Positions 55,727-64,000 of a stretch of 64,000 nt of DNA are shown one piece after another. A program made the position numbers and the translations under genes. Where the stretch lies: IMG/VR virus record IMGVR_UViG_3300034101_001322, positions 1 through 64,000 of that record, one strand, 5' to 3'. Under the pieces are notes generated by a model that was not told the DNA's origin, ran no database searches, and was given only the letters and a program-made list of their open reading frames with translations. Position 1 is the stretch's first letter. The number at the start of each line of letters is the position of its first letter. This DNA comes from a virus.

Positions 55727-58700
55727 ATGAGTTACGTAGGCTTACACGTACACACACACTATTCATTATTTGATGGTGTTGCTACTCCAGAAGAATATGT
55801 AGACCGAGCAGTTGAACTTGGTATGCCAGCATTGGCTATCACAGATCACGGAACCTTATCTGGGCATCGGGAACTGTACCGCATTGCAAAAGCAAAAGGT
55901 GTAAAGCCTATTCTTGGCGTAGAAGGATATTTTTGTGCTGATAGATTTGACAAGAGGGCAAAGGCAGAACGCACTGAGCCAACTGATATGGTCTATAACC
56001 ACATTATCCTTCTCGCTAAGAACCAACTTGGTTTAGAGAATCTAAACAAGATTAATGAAATCGCTTGGACTGAAGGATATTTTAGTAAGCCACGCTTTGA
56101 CTTTGAAGTTCTTGAAAAGTACAGCGAAGGAATTATTGTTTTATCTGGATGTCTAAGCGGTATCATTGCAAAAGCCTTAGAGCACGGAGAGTATGCTCAG
56201 GCAAAAAAGCACATTGAATGGTTTAAGAAAGTGTTTAAAGATGACTTCTATATGGAGTTAATGCCACACAATGGAGCAGAAGTTAATAAGCAACTAGCAG
56301 ATCTTGCAGATGAGTTTAAGATTCAGACTGTTGTTACTCCAGATTGCCATCATGTTGATGAATCGCAAAAAGAAATTCAAGAGTTTAAACTTCTTATGAA
56401 CTCACATGCTAAGGTTCAAAAAGATGTAACATATGAAAAGTCAAAGAAGCAAGATGGAATGATGAAGCGTCTTGACTATCTCTATGGAGAAGATCGACAA
56501 ATGTCGTTTAATAAGTTTGACATTCACCTACTATCTTATGATGAGATGAAAGTTGCCATGGAATCGCAGGGGATAGTAAGAGAAGACATGTATGTCAACT
56601 CTATCTCTATTGCAGACAAGGTTGAGGATTACGATATTAAAGATGGTCTAAACCTGCTACCAGTTCAGTATAAGAATCCAGACAAAGAGTTAAAGGCTCT
56701 TGCCCTTGAGGGTTTAAAGGCTAGAGGGTTTGACACAAACAAAGAATATTTAGACAGACTTGATGAAGAATTGCAGATTATTAAAGATAAATCATTTGGT
56801 CCATACTTTCTTGTTGTAAGTAACATGATTTCTTGGGCAAAGAAAGAAGGCATCATGGTAGGTCCAGGTCGTGGATCTGCTGCTGGCTCTTTGGTTTGTT
56901 ATACTCTTGGCATTACAGAGATTGACCCAATCGAACATGGACTACTGTTCTTCCGTTTTATTAACCCAGATCGAAATGACTTTCCAGATATCGATACAGA
57001 TATTCAAGATAACAGACGTGAAGAGGTCAAAGATTATCTTGTTAGACAGTATAGACACGTTGCATCTATTGCTACATTCTTACAGTTTAAAGATAAGGGA
57101 GTAGTTCGAGATGTTGCACGAGTACTAGACATTCCGTTAACAGATGTTAACAAGGTACTTAAACTTGTAGATACTTGGGATGAATACTGTTCATCAAAGA
57201 CAACTGCATGGTTTCGTGAAAAATATCCAGAGGTGGAAGTTTATGGAGACAGGTTGCGAGGAAGAATTCGTGGAACAGGAATCCATGCTGCTGGAGTTGT
57301 AACAAGTAAAGAGCCTATATTTAGGCATGCACCAATGGAGACACGCTCAAGCACTGGAAGCGATGACCGTATTCCAGTTGTTGCTGTAGACATGGAAGAA
57401 GCAGAAAGAATTGGTTTAATTAAGATTGATGCACTTGGTCTTAAGACGCTAAGTGTTATTCAAGATACATTGCAGATGATTAAAGAGAATCACTTTAAGG
57501 ATATTAAGTTACTTGATATTGATTTAAAAGATGCAAATGTTTATGAAATGCTTTCAAGTGGATACACAAAGGGTGTATTTCAGTGTGAAGCAACTCCATA
57601 CACCAACCTTTTAGTTAAGATGGGTGTAAAGAATCTAAATGAATTAGCAGCATCAAATGCATTAGTTAGACCAGGCGCTATGAATACTATTGGTAAAGAC
57701 TACATTGCACGTAAACATGGAAAACAGTCTGTATCATATACTCATCAGGTCATGAAGCAATTTACGGAGGATACTTATGGGTGTGTTTTATACCAGGAGC
57801 AAGTTATGCAAGCATGCGTATACCTTGGCGGTATGTCCATGTCGGAAGCAGATAAAGTTAGAAAAATCATTGGCAAGAAGAAGGATGCTAAAGAGTTTGA
57901 CGTATTCAAAGACAAGTTCGTTAAGGGTGCTTCTGCCTATATTAGTCCCAATCAGGCTCTTGATCTATGGCATGACTTTGAAGCGCATGCGGGATACTCG
58001 TTCAACAAGTCTCATGCGGTTGCTTACTCTACGGTCTCGTATTGGACGGCGTGGTTAAAGTACCACTATCCTCTGGAGTTTATGTTTGCCCTTCTTAAGA
58101 ATGAGAAGGATAAAGATGGTCGTACAGAGTATTTAATTGAGGCTAAGCGTATGGGTATTCCAATTAAGTTGCCACATATTAATGACTCTAGTGCTGACTT
58201 TAAGATTGAAGGTAAGGGTATTAGGTTTGGTCTAACTGCCATTAAGTATATTTCTGATAACATTGCTTCTAAATATATTGCTGCTCGTCCTTTTAAATCA
58301 TATAAAGAGTTAGAAGAGTTTACATTTACTAAAGGTAATGGAGTAAATAGTCGTGCACTGCAGGCTTTAAGAGTAATCGGTGCTGCAAATTTTCCAGATA
58401 ATCCACGTAATGAGCAAGAGATTAAAGAAAATCTTTATGATTATTTAAATCTACCAGAGTTTAATATTACAGTTCCTTCACACTATCATGCTTTCATACA
58501 GGAGGTTTGTGATTTTGAGGAAAAGGGTTCTTACATTTTGATGGGTATGGTTAAAGCAATTAAGCGTGGCAAAGGCTGGTCAAGAGTAGAGGTTCTTGAT
58601 AAAACTGGTAGTGTTGGCATATTTGACGAAGAGCAAACAACAATTGAGCCAGGTAAAACTTATTTACTTCTTGCAACAGATAACAGAATTGTTTCTGCTA

Positions 58701-59002
58701 TTCCTATTGATGAGATTAAGGGATCTTCAAATGCACTGATTAAGTTTTTAAATTATAAGCAGTTGCCATTTACAGATGAAGAAATGTTTGTTGTTTCATT
58801 TAAGCCAAGAATTACAAAGACTGGAAAGAAAATGGCTTCTCTTACACTTGCAGACACAAGTAGAGATTTGCACCCAGTAACAGTATTCCCAACATCATTT
58901 GCACAAGCATATATGCATATTGAAGAGGGCAATGCTTACAAGTTTAAGTTTGGAAAGACAAAGGATGGAACAGTGATAATGGAGGAAGTAAATGTTCGAT
59001 GA
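55727..59002 (+). CDS. dnaE: DNA polymerase III alpha subunit
   Basis: LHVHTHYS.FDG, AITDHG PHP domain; GPGRGSAAGS; PDIDTD; HAAG; KIDALGL; YSFNKSH. Confidence 0.95.
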   Translation: MSYVGLHVHTHYSLFDGVATPEEYVDRAVELGMPALAITDHGTLSGHRELYRIAKAKGVKPILGVEGYFCADRFDKRAKAERTEPTDMVYNHIILLAKNQLGLENLNKINEIAWTEGYFSKPRFDFEVLEKYSEGIIVLSGCLSGIIAKALEHGEYAQAKKHIEWFKKVFKDDFYMELMPHNGAEVNKQLADLADEFKIQTVVTPDCHHVDESQKEIQEFKLLMNSHAKVQKDVTYEKSKKQDGMMKRLDYLYGEDRQMSFNKFDIHLLSYDEMKVAMESQGIVREDMYVNSISIADKVEDYDIKDGLNLLPVQYKNPDKELKALALEGLKARGFDTNKEYLDRLDEELQIIKDKSFGPYFLVVSNMISWAKKEGIMVGPGRGSAAGSLVCYTLGITEIDPIEHGLLFFRFINPDRNDFPDIDTDIQDNRREEVKDYLVRQYRHVASIATFLQFKDKGVVRDVARVLDIPLTDVNKVLKLVDTWDEYCSSKTTAWFREKYPEVEVYGDRLRGRIRGTGIHAAGVVTSKEPIFRHAPMETRSSTGSDDRIPVVAVDMEEAERIGLIKIDALGLKTLSVIQDTLQMIKENHFKDIKLLDIDLKDANVYEMLSSGYTKGVFQCEATPYTNLLVKMGVKNLNELAASNALVRPGAMNTIGKDYIARKHGKQSVSYTHQVMKQFTEDTYGCVLYQEQVMQACVYLGGMSMSEADKVRKIIGKKKDAKEFDVFKDKFVKGASAYISPNQALDLWHDFEAHAGYSFNKSHAVAYSTVSYWTAWLKYHYPLEFMFALLKNEKDKDGRTEYLIEAKRMGIPIKLPHINDSSADFKIEGKGIRFGLTAIKYISDNIASKYIAARPFKSYKELEEFTFTKGNGVNSRALQALRVIGAANFPDNPRNEQEIKENLYDYLNLPEFNITVPSHYHAFIQEVCDFEEKGSYILMGMVKAIKRGKGWSRVEVLDKTGSVGIFDEEQTTIEPGKTYLLLATDNRIVSAIPIDEIKGSSNALIKFLNYKQLPFTDEEMFVVSFKPRITKTGKKMASLTLADTSRDLHPVTVFPTSFAQAYMHIEEGNAYKFKFGKTKDGTVIMEEVNVR

Positions 59003-59309
59003 TCTAGCAATAACAATACACAAAAATGCAGTAGAAAAAGGCTTCTGGGACCGTACAGCAGATGAGATATTTGTTACAAAACAAATGATGATGATTGTCT
59101 CTGAGGTTGTTGAAGCCATGGAAGCACTTAGAAAAGACATGGATCCAAACCAGTTATCTGATGAGTTTGCTGACATTATCATTCGTACATTAGATCTGTA
59201 CGCAGGCATGGTAGAAGCAGGGTACATGACTAAATCTTTAGACGCAGCAATTAAAGAAAAGATAGAAAAGAACTCTAGTAGACCAAAGAAGCATGGAGTA
59301 AGATTCTAA
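58992..59309 (+). CDS. MazG-like nucleotide pyrophosphohydrolase
   Basis: SEVVEAMEALRK..DEFADIIIR..N..RP..HG. Confidence 0.8.
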   Translation: MFDDLAITIHKNAVEKGFWDRTADEIFVTKQMMMIVSEVVEAMEALRKDMDPNQLSDEFADIIIRTLDLYAGMVEAGYMTKSLDAAIKEKIEKNSSRPKKHGVRF

Positions 59310-60325
59310 TGGCTGTAACAATGGAAGAAGTATTAGCACAACTTAACCCTAAGTTGCGTAAGACTATTATGATTGGGGACTCGGTTCCTCCAACAGAGTA
59401 TGCTGAAACGCCTAGTTTTGGTTTAAACCGTGCCCTAGCAGGAGGACTCCCTTACGGTAGACAAGTACTCATTTGGGGTTCAAAGTCCTCTGCAAAGTCC
59501 TCTCTGTGCCTTCAGATGATAGGTCTAGCACAGAAGGAAGGAAAGATCTGTGCATGGATTGATGCAGAAATGTCATATGATCCAAAGTGGGCAGAAAGAC
59601 TTGGCGTTGATTCATCTAAGTTAATTTACTCACAGGCTCGTACCATTAATGAAATGGTAGATGTAGGAACTAACCTTATTAATGCTGGAGTAGACATTGT
59701 TGTTGTTGACTCAATTACTTCATTGCTGCCAGCGATTTATTTTGAAAAGGATTCAGATGAACTTAAGCAACTTGAAAATACAAAACAAATTGGTGCAGAG
59801 TCTCGTGACTTTTCTAATGCTTGGAAGATGATTAATTATGCTAATAATAAGGTTAAGCCAACGCTATTTGTTCTTATTAGTCAAAGCCGTAACAATATTA
59901 ATGCTATGTATACTAGCCAGCAGCCTACTGGTGGTCAGGCTACTAAGTTCTATTCTTCTACTGTTATTAAACTTTTTTCATCCGAGTCGGATAATCAAGC
60001 CATTAAAGGCAAGATAAAAATTGGTGACAAGTTGATTGAAGAAAAGGTTGGCAGAAAGATTCGTTGGGAATTGCAGTTCTCCAAGACATCTCCAGGATTC
60101 CAATCAGGAGAGTATGACTTCTACTTTAGAGGTGACGATATTGGCATTGACTCTATTGGCGATCTTGTAGATACAGCAGAAGCATCTGGTCTTGTTAATA
60201 GAACTGGTGCTTGGTATCAACTAGATGATGGAACAAAGGTTCAGGGTAGAGATGGTTTTATTTCTCGTGTTAGAGAAGATCTCACATTACAAGAAGAACT
60301 TAAGAATAAGTTAATCAATGGCTAA
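59309..60325 (+). CDS. recA: RecA-like recombinase
   Basis: GGLPYGR, WIDAE, VVVDSI, ISQ.R, GG.A.KFYSS, GAWY. Confidence 0.9.
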   Translation: MAVTMEEVLAQLNPKLRKTIMIGDSVPPTEYAETPSFGLNRALAGGLPYGRQVLIWGSKSSAKSSLCLQMIGLAQKEGKICAWIDAEMSYDPKWAERLGVDSSKLIYSQARTINEMVDVGTNLINAGVDIVVVDSITSLLPAIYFEKDSDELKQLENTKQIGAESRDFSNAWKMINYANNKVKPTLFVLISQSRNNINAMYTSQQPTGGQATKFYSSTVIKLFSSESDNQAIKGKIKIGDKLIEEKVGRKIRWELQFSKTSPGFQSGEYDFYFRGDDIGIDSIGDLVDTAEASGLVNRTGAWYQLDDGTKVQGRDGFISRVREDLTLQEELKNKLING

Positions 60326-60500
60326 AGAGTTTACAGTCTATCCTGGAAAGTTTCCATGTAAAAAGTGTGGCGCTGAGGTAACATCTTTAAGGTATTGGGG
60401 CGAAAGCGGAGATGCAACTTGGATGTGTGAAAACAAACATGTTTCTAAGGTCAACTTAATACCACCAAAGAAAAAGAAAAAGGACTTTGCCAATGAGTGA
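60318..60500 (+). CDS. small zinc-finger protein
   Basis: CKKC..C...H. Confidence 0.6.
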   Translation: MAKEFTVYPGKFPCKKCGAEVTSLRYWGESGDATWMCENKHVSKVNLIPPKKKKKDFANE

Positions 60501-60777
60501 AAGAGGAGAGTCTAAAAGAATTGGTGCCAAGCAGCACAAGAATTCTGGTAGAAATAATACTAAGGGAGATGCATCTTGGCATAACTTTGTCTTAGATTTT
60601 AAAGAGTGCTCTAAATCCTTTACTCTTAATCAAGACGTATGGGCTAAGGCAGTTACAGATGCACTCAAGAAGAGTATGGATCCAGCCTTAGTTATTGTGT
60701 TAGGCGAGGGGACAAAGAAGGTGCGTCTGGCTATTATAGAGTTAGAACTACTAGAACAGTTAATAGAAGGAGAATAA
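60493..60777 (+). CDS. PD-(D/E)xK nuclease, Holliday-junction resolvase-like
   Basis: E......NSG....GD.......DFKE. Confidence 0.65.
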   Translation: MSERGESKRIGAKQHKNSGRNNTKGDASWHNFVLDFKECSKSFTLNQDVWAKAVTDALKKSMDPALVIVLGEGTKKVRLAIIELELLEQLIEGE

Positions 60778-60778
60778 A

Positions 60779-61090
60779 ATGACAGAAGGCACAGGACAGA
60801 CAACGCTAGAGATGATTAATGGTTTGGCAGAAATTGCCGAGTTTATGGAAGATGAAGAACTCAATATAGCCTTAACAATGATTGCTAAGTTAATCATTAA
60901 ACCAGACATTCCTGCCCCAGTAGCAAGCATTGAGATTGTAAGACTTCAAGCAATTGCAGGAAAGTTAGCATTAAAGGCTACCTGGATGGCAAATGTTGAT
61001 AAGAATAACAGAGCAAAGAAGAACATTTACTACACGGCTGCAGAGGCAGTTAACAACTTGGTATCAGCACTTAAATACATAATGCGCTAA
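60779..61090 (+). CDS. hypothetical protein
   Basis: SD AAGGAG, helical protein. Confidence 0.7.
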   Translation: MTEGTGQTTLEMINGLAEIAEFMEDEELNIALTMIAKLIIKPDIPAPVASIEIVRLQAIAGKLALKATWMANVDKNNRAKKNIYYTAAEAVNNLVSALKYIMR

Positions 61091-61120
61091 ACCTGCTATA
61101 CTTATATAAAACAAGGGGAT

Positions 61121-61939
61121 ATGATGACGAAGAGTTTACTACAGCAAGTTATGCTTAAAAGTGTTTCGAAGAAGAGTACTATTATTGATGCAGATGCTTT
61201 GATCGAAAAGATCAAGTCTGGATATATCATTAATCGTGGTCCTAAATTCCAGACAAAGAAGACGTTTGCTCCATCTACAATTGCCTATAGCCACGGAGAA
61301 TGTCCACGCTATTGGTATTTGGCATTTGATGGTGCTACATTTGAAGATAATGCAGATGCTTATGGTGCAGCAAATATGACTGCAGGCACATTATCACACG
61401 CACGAATTCAAGATGCAATGATGAATTCTGGAGTAGCAAAGATTTATCGTGATGATGATAATCAACCAACAACAGAGTTTAAAATTAGATATGACGATCC
61501 ACCGATCTTTGGCTACGGCGATGCAATGCTTGAGTGGGAAGGCGAAGAGATTGTCGGAGAAATTAAGACAATGCTTAACGAAGGATTTGAGTATCGTAAG
61601 AACTCTATGAAGCCTAAGACTGGTCACCTGATTCAGTTACTTATTTATATGAAGATTCTTGGAAAAAAGAAGGGTGTTCTTATTTATGAAAACAAAAACA
61701 ACCATGAGTTATTGGTTCTTCCAGTAGAGGTAGACGATAACTATCGTGAATGGATTGACAATGCTTTTGCTTGGATGCGTGAAGTACGCAAGGCTTGGGT
61801 AGATCGTACACTTCCAACCAAAAACTATCGTGCTAACTCAAAGATTTGCAAGACATGCCCTATTAAGGCAGCATGTGATGAAGCAGGTGCTGGAGTAGTT
61901 AAGATAAAATCCATGGAGGGGCTGATTGAAACTTTGTGA
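61121..61939 (+). CDS. Cas4-like PD-(D/E)xK exonuclease
   Basis: PS....CPR..Y, GT..H, G..D, EIKT, QL..Y, C..C.....C; promoter TGCTATACT 61094-61102. Confidence 0.8.
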   Translation: MMTKSLLQQVMLKSVSKKSTIIDADALIEKIKSGYIINRGPKFQTKKTFAPSTIAYSHGECPRYWYLAFDGATFEDNADAYGAANMTAGTLSHARIQDAMMNSGVAKIYRDDDNQPTTEFKIRYDDPPIFGYGDAMLEWEGEEIVGEIKTMLNEGFEYRKNSMKPKTGHLIQLLIYMKILGKKKGVLIYENKNNHELLVLPVEVDDNYREWIDNAFAWMREVRKAWVDRTLPTKNYRANSKICKTCPIKAACDEAGAGVVKIKSMEGLIETL

Positions 61940-62216
61940 CAGATGTGATATATACTTTGACCCTAAAGTAAGTTATCAAATTTATTGTAGCATTGAATGT
62001 AGAGATGCTGCAACAAAAGATAAGATTACTGAAAGGTATCAGGTTACTCGTCGTCAAAAAAGAAAAGGCAAGGTTAGACGTTGTTTAGGTGGTTGTGATA
62101 CACAACTATCGATCTACAATGATTCTGGATTTTGCTCTAACTGCAACGTTAGTGAAAAAGCAGTTGCAAAAATGCTAAAAGAGTTGAAGGGATTTATTGA
62201 ATATGAGCAAGAATAA
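61926..62216 (+). CDS. Cys-rich zinc-binding protein
   Basis: CDRC..YCS..C..C..C..CSNC. Confidence 0.65.
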   Translation: MKLCDRCDIYFDPKVSYQIYCSIECRDAATKDKITERYQVTRRQKRKGKVRRCLGGCDTQLSIYNDSGFCSNCNVSEKAVAKMLKELKGFIEYEQE

Positions 62217-62796
62217 GTGGGGATTAGAACTTCCACCTAAGACTATTTGTGCAATAGATGCAAGTACAAACAGTCTTGCTTTTGCATTATTTGATACTGA
62301 ACAAAAAACATTGGGTGTAGTTGGAAAGATAACCTTTGATGGTAACGACACATATCAGAAAGTTATGGATGCTGGGGCTAAGGTCAAAGCATTCTTTACT
62401 TACTATGGTGGTTTTGAAGCAATCATTATTGAGCATACAGTTTTTATGAATAGTCCAAAAACTGCTGCAGATTTAGCACTTGTTCAAGGAGCAATTCTTG
62501 GTGCTGCAGGTCAGTCTGGAACAACAGTGATAGGTAAAGTATCTCCAATAACCTGGCAAAATTTTATTGGAAATAAAAAAATATCAAAAGATGAGCAACT
62601 ATTTATACGTTCTCAACACCCAAATAAATCATTATCTTGGTATAAATCACATGAAAGAAACCTTAGAAAAGAAAGAACTATAAGGTTTATTAATACTATT
62701 TATGATAGATCAATTACTGATAATGATGTGGCTGACGCTTGTGGCATTGGTCATTGGGCACTAAGTAATTGGGACAAAGCAATAGGAAATGTTTAA
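62203..62796 (+). CDS. RuvC-like Holliday junction resolvase
   Basis: AIDAS, IIIE, V.P..W, D.ADA.GI. Confidence 0.8.
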   Translation: MSKNKWGLELPPKTICAIDASTNSLAFALFDTEQKTLGVVGKITFDGNDTYQKVMDAGAKVKAFFTYYGGFEAIIIEHTVFMNSPKTAADLALVQGAILGAAGQSGTTVIGKVSPITWQNFIGNKKISKDEQLFIRSQHPNKSLSWYKSHERNLRKERTIRFINTIYDRSITDNDVADACGIGHWALSNWDKAIGNV

Positions 62797-62969
62797 TGGA
62801 CAGAGATACTTTTAGTTTTAAAGAAGAAGATGAAAAAGTTATTTTAACAGTCAATACACTTGTGCCAACAAAATGGTTATTGGTTGATAGAGAAACGGGT
62901 CAAGTTTATCAGGGTAATCCACAAGGATATTGGGATAAACTAAAAACAGTAGAAAGAGATAAGCAATAA
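62796..62969 (+). CDS. hypothetical protein
   Basis: TAATG-coupled; T..P.KW.LVD.ETG..Y.G. Confidence 0.6.
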   Translation: MDRDTFSFKEEDEKVILTVNTLVPTKWLLVDRETGQVYQGNPQGYWDKLKTVERDKQ

Positions 62970-63613
62970 TGCCAGAGTTAAATGCAAACATACCACCTAT
63001 TGAATGCTATGTGCGTGGTAATTTTTTAAGAGATCAGTTAGATAGTCATGATCAATATTTTCCATGTGTAATCTTTGGAGTATCAAGTATTAAGGCAAGA
63101 AGCCCACTGTTTCATTTTATGATGGAAGATGGTGGTATTTGGTGGCGTATGCCAATAAATGCCTTCTGTTCTAAGCCAGGAGTTCCAGAAGAACCAATTC
63201 ATAATCTTGTTCTATGGAATTCTTTTAGTCCACATGTTTCTGTTACAAAGTTTCAAGCATTAAGCAATATGAGAATGTCCTACATTGACAGAAACAAAAA
63301 TACTATTCCTGGAACATATCTTTTTACTTTAGATTGGCACAGCCCAGAAACAAATATACTGGACGACGGTTATTCTGAAAACCCAGGGCAGCATAAATGT
63401 GGGCATGTTATTCAAAGAGATGATGGAAATTTTGCGGTACAGCCAAACAACAGAGTGAGAATTAAAGAGCCGTCATTTGTTACTAAGAAAGATCTAGTCA
63501 TAAACAGGTTAATTAATACAAATAAGTGGGATGTTGAGAGTTACGACAAGTGGATACTTGAAGACTCCAATGCATATAATTATGATGTTATTGATACGGA
63601 AGTTGACAAATAA
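62969..63613 (+). CDS. conserved phage hypothetical protein
   Basis: LNANIP, W.RMPI.AF, YLFTLDW, HKC.H, QPNNR. Confidence 0.7.
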   Translation: MPELNANIPPIECYVRGNFLRDQLDSHDQYFPCVIFGVSSIKARSPLFHFMMEDGGIWWRMPINAFCSKPGVPEEPIHNLVLWNSFSPHVSVTKFQALSNMRMSYIDRNKNTIPGTYLFTLDWHSPETNILDDGYSENPGQHKCGHVIQRDDGNFAVQPNNRVRIKEPSFVTKKDLVINRLINTNKWDVESYDKWILEDSNAYNYDVIDTEVDK

Positions 63614-63631
63614 CACTATGACTGGTAAACT
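63603..63631 (+). promoter_or_regulatory. consensus-like promoter overlapping HTH gene start
   Basis: TTGACA-17 nt-TAAACT with TG extension. Confidence 0.55.
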
Positions 63632-63773
63632 ATATACAAGTGAGGTTTGGCTACGAAAGCGGTATTTGATGGACAAGAAGAGTCCAGAAGATATTGCTAA
63701 AGAGTGTGGGGCAAGCGTAGAGACAATCTATGTTTACCTTGCTAAATTTGGACTAAGGAAGTCAAGGCGATGA
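63618..63773 (+). CDS. small HTH DNA-binding protein
   Basis: WLRKRY...KSPEDIAKECGASVETIY.YL.KFGL; start at ATG 63618. Confidence 0.7.
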   Translation: MTGKLYTSEVWLRKRYLMDKKSPEDIAKECGASVETIYVYLAKFGLRKSRR

Positions 63774-63904
63774 ATAAATTACAAAAGGTTGTTGTTGCAG
63801 TTGGTATTGCTGGCGCAGTGGGTTTGACCTACGTAATTACAGCACTAAAGGGTATGCCTGAAGCATTTGATTGGGAAGATGACGAAGAGGAAAACTATGA
63901 GTGA
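63770..63904 (+). CDS. small membrane protein with acidic tail (44 aa, not in ORF track)
   Basis: ATGA overlap; MNKLQKVVVAVGIAGAVGLTYVITALKGMPEAFDWEDDEEENYE. Confidence 0.65.
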   Translation: MNKLQKVVVAVGIAGAVGLTYVITALKGMPEAFDWEDDEEENYE

Positions 63905-64000
63905 TAATCTAACTATTACGGTAGATCAGGTTAATCACCCACGCCATTACACTACAGATCCTTCTGGTGTTGAGTGCATAGAAATTACACGTCATCGTAA
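63897..64000 (+). CDS. DUF3310-like protein, truncated by window edge
   Basis: DQVNHPRHY....GVECIEI. Confidence 0.75.
   Translation, partial: MSDNLTITVDQVNHPRHYTTDPSGVECIEITRHR

Noticed and set aside
21012-59002. Inteins or introns in nrdJ, dnaB, dnaE
   Set aside because: Proteins are of normal length with contiguous motifs; no intein splicing motifs noticed
61121-61939. CRISPR-Cas system suggested by Cas4-like gene
   Set aside because: No repeat-spacer array or other cas genes; solo Cas4-like nucleases are common in phage recombination modules
1-64000. Terminase, integrase, tRNA genes, alternative genetic code
   Set aside because: No recognisable motifs; genes read intact in the standard code; terminase presumably lies outside the window

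Overview
A 64 kb segment of an AT-rich (roughly 35-40% GC by eye) tailed dsDNA phage genome of siphovirus-type organisation. The host is probably an Actinobacterium, inferred from many leaderless TGnTATAAT-ATG starts, a DnaE with an intact PHP domain and an actinophage-type membrane protein; the style resembles uncultured freshwater actinophages. Gene order: a palindrome-rich left end, then small virion/membrane genes, three promoter-led cassettes of glycine-rich adhesin-like genes, a secreted lytic transglycosylase (minus strand), fibre genes and a class II RNR. These are followed by portal, protease/scaffold, capsid, neck, tail tube, two tail chaperones, tape measure and baseplate, and finally a replication/recombination module (DnaB, primase, SSB, DnaE, MazG, RecA, Cas4-like, RuvC-like). 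No terminase, integrase, tRNA or CRISPR array was seen. Best leads: (1) a stand-alone ~60 nt hairpin RNA with a C-rich loop complementary to GGGTGGG ribosome-binding regions of replication-module genes; (2) the tail-chaperone G/GT frameshift apparently replaced by a gene duplication with unequal expression signals; (3) modular adhesin cassettes with a shared boundary motif; (4) apparent genome-wide AGCT avoidance; (5) a repeat-bracketed HNH-like cargo in the tape measure. All calls are by eye, without database searches.
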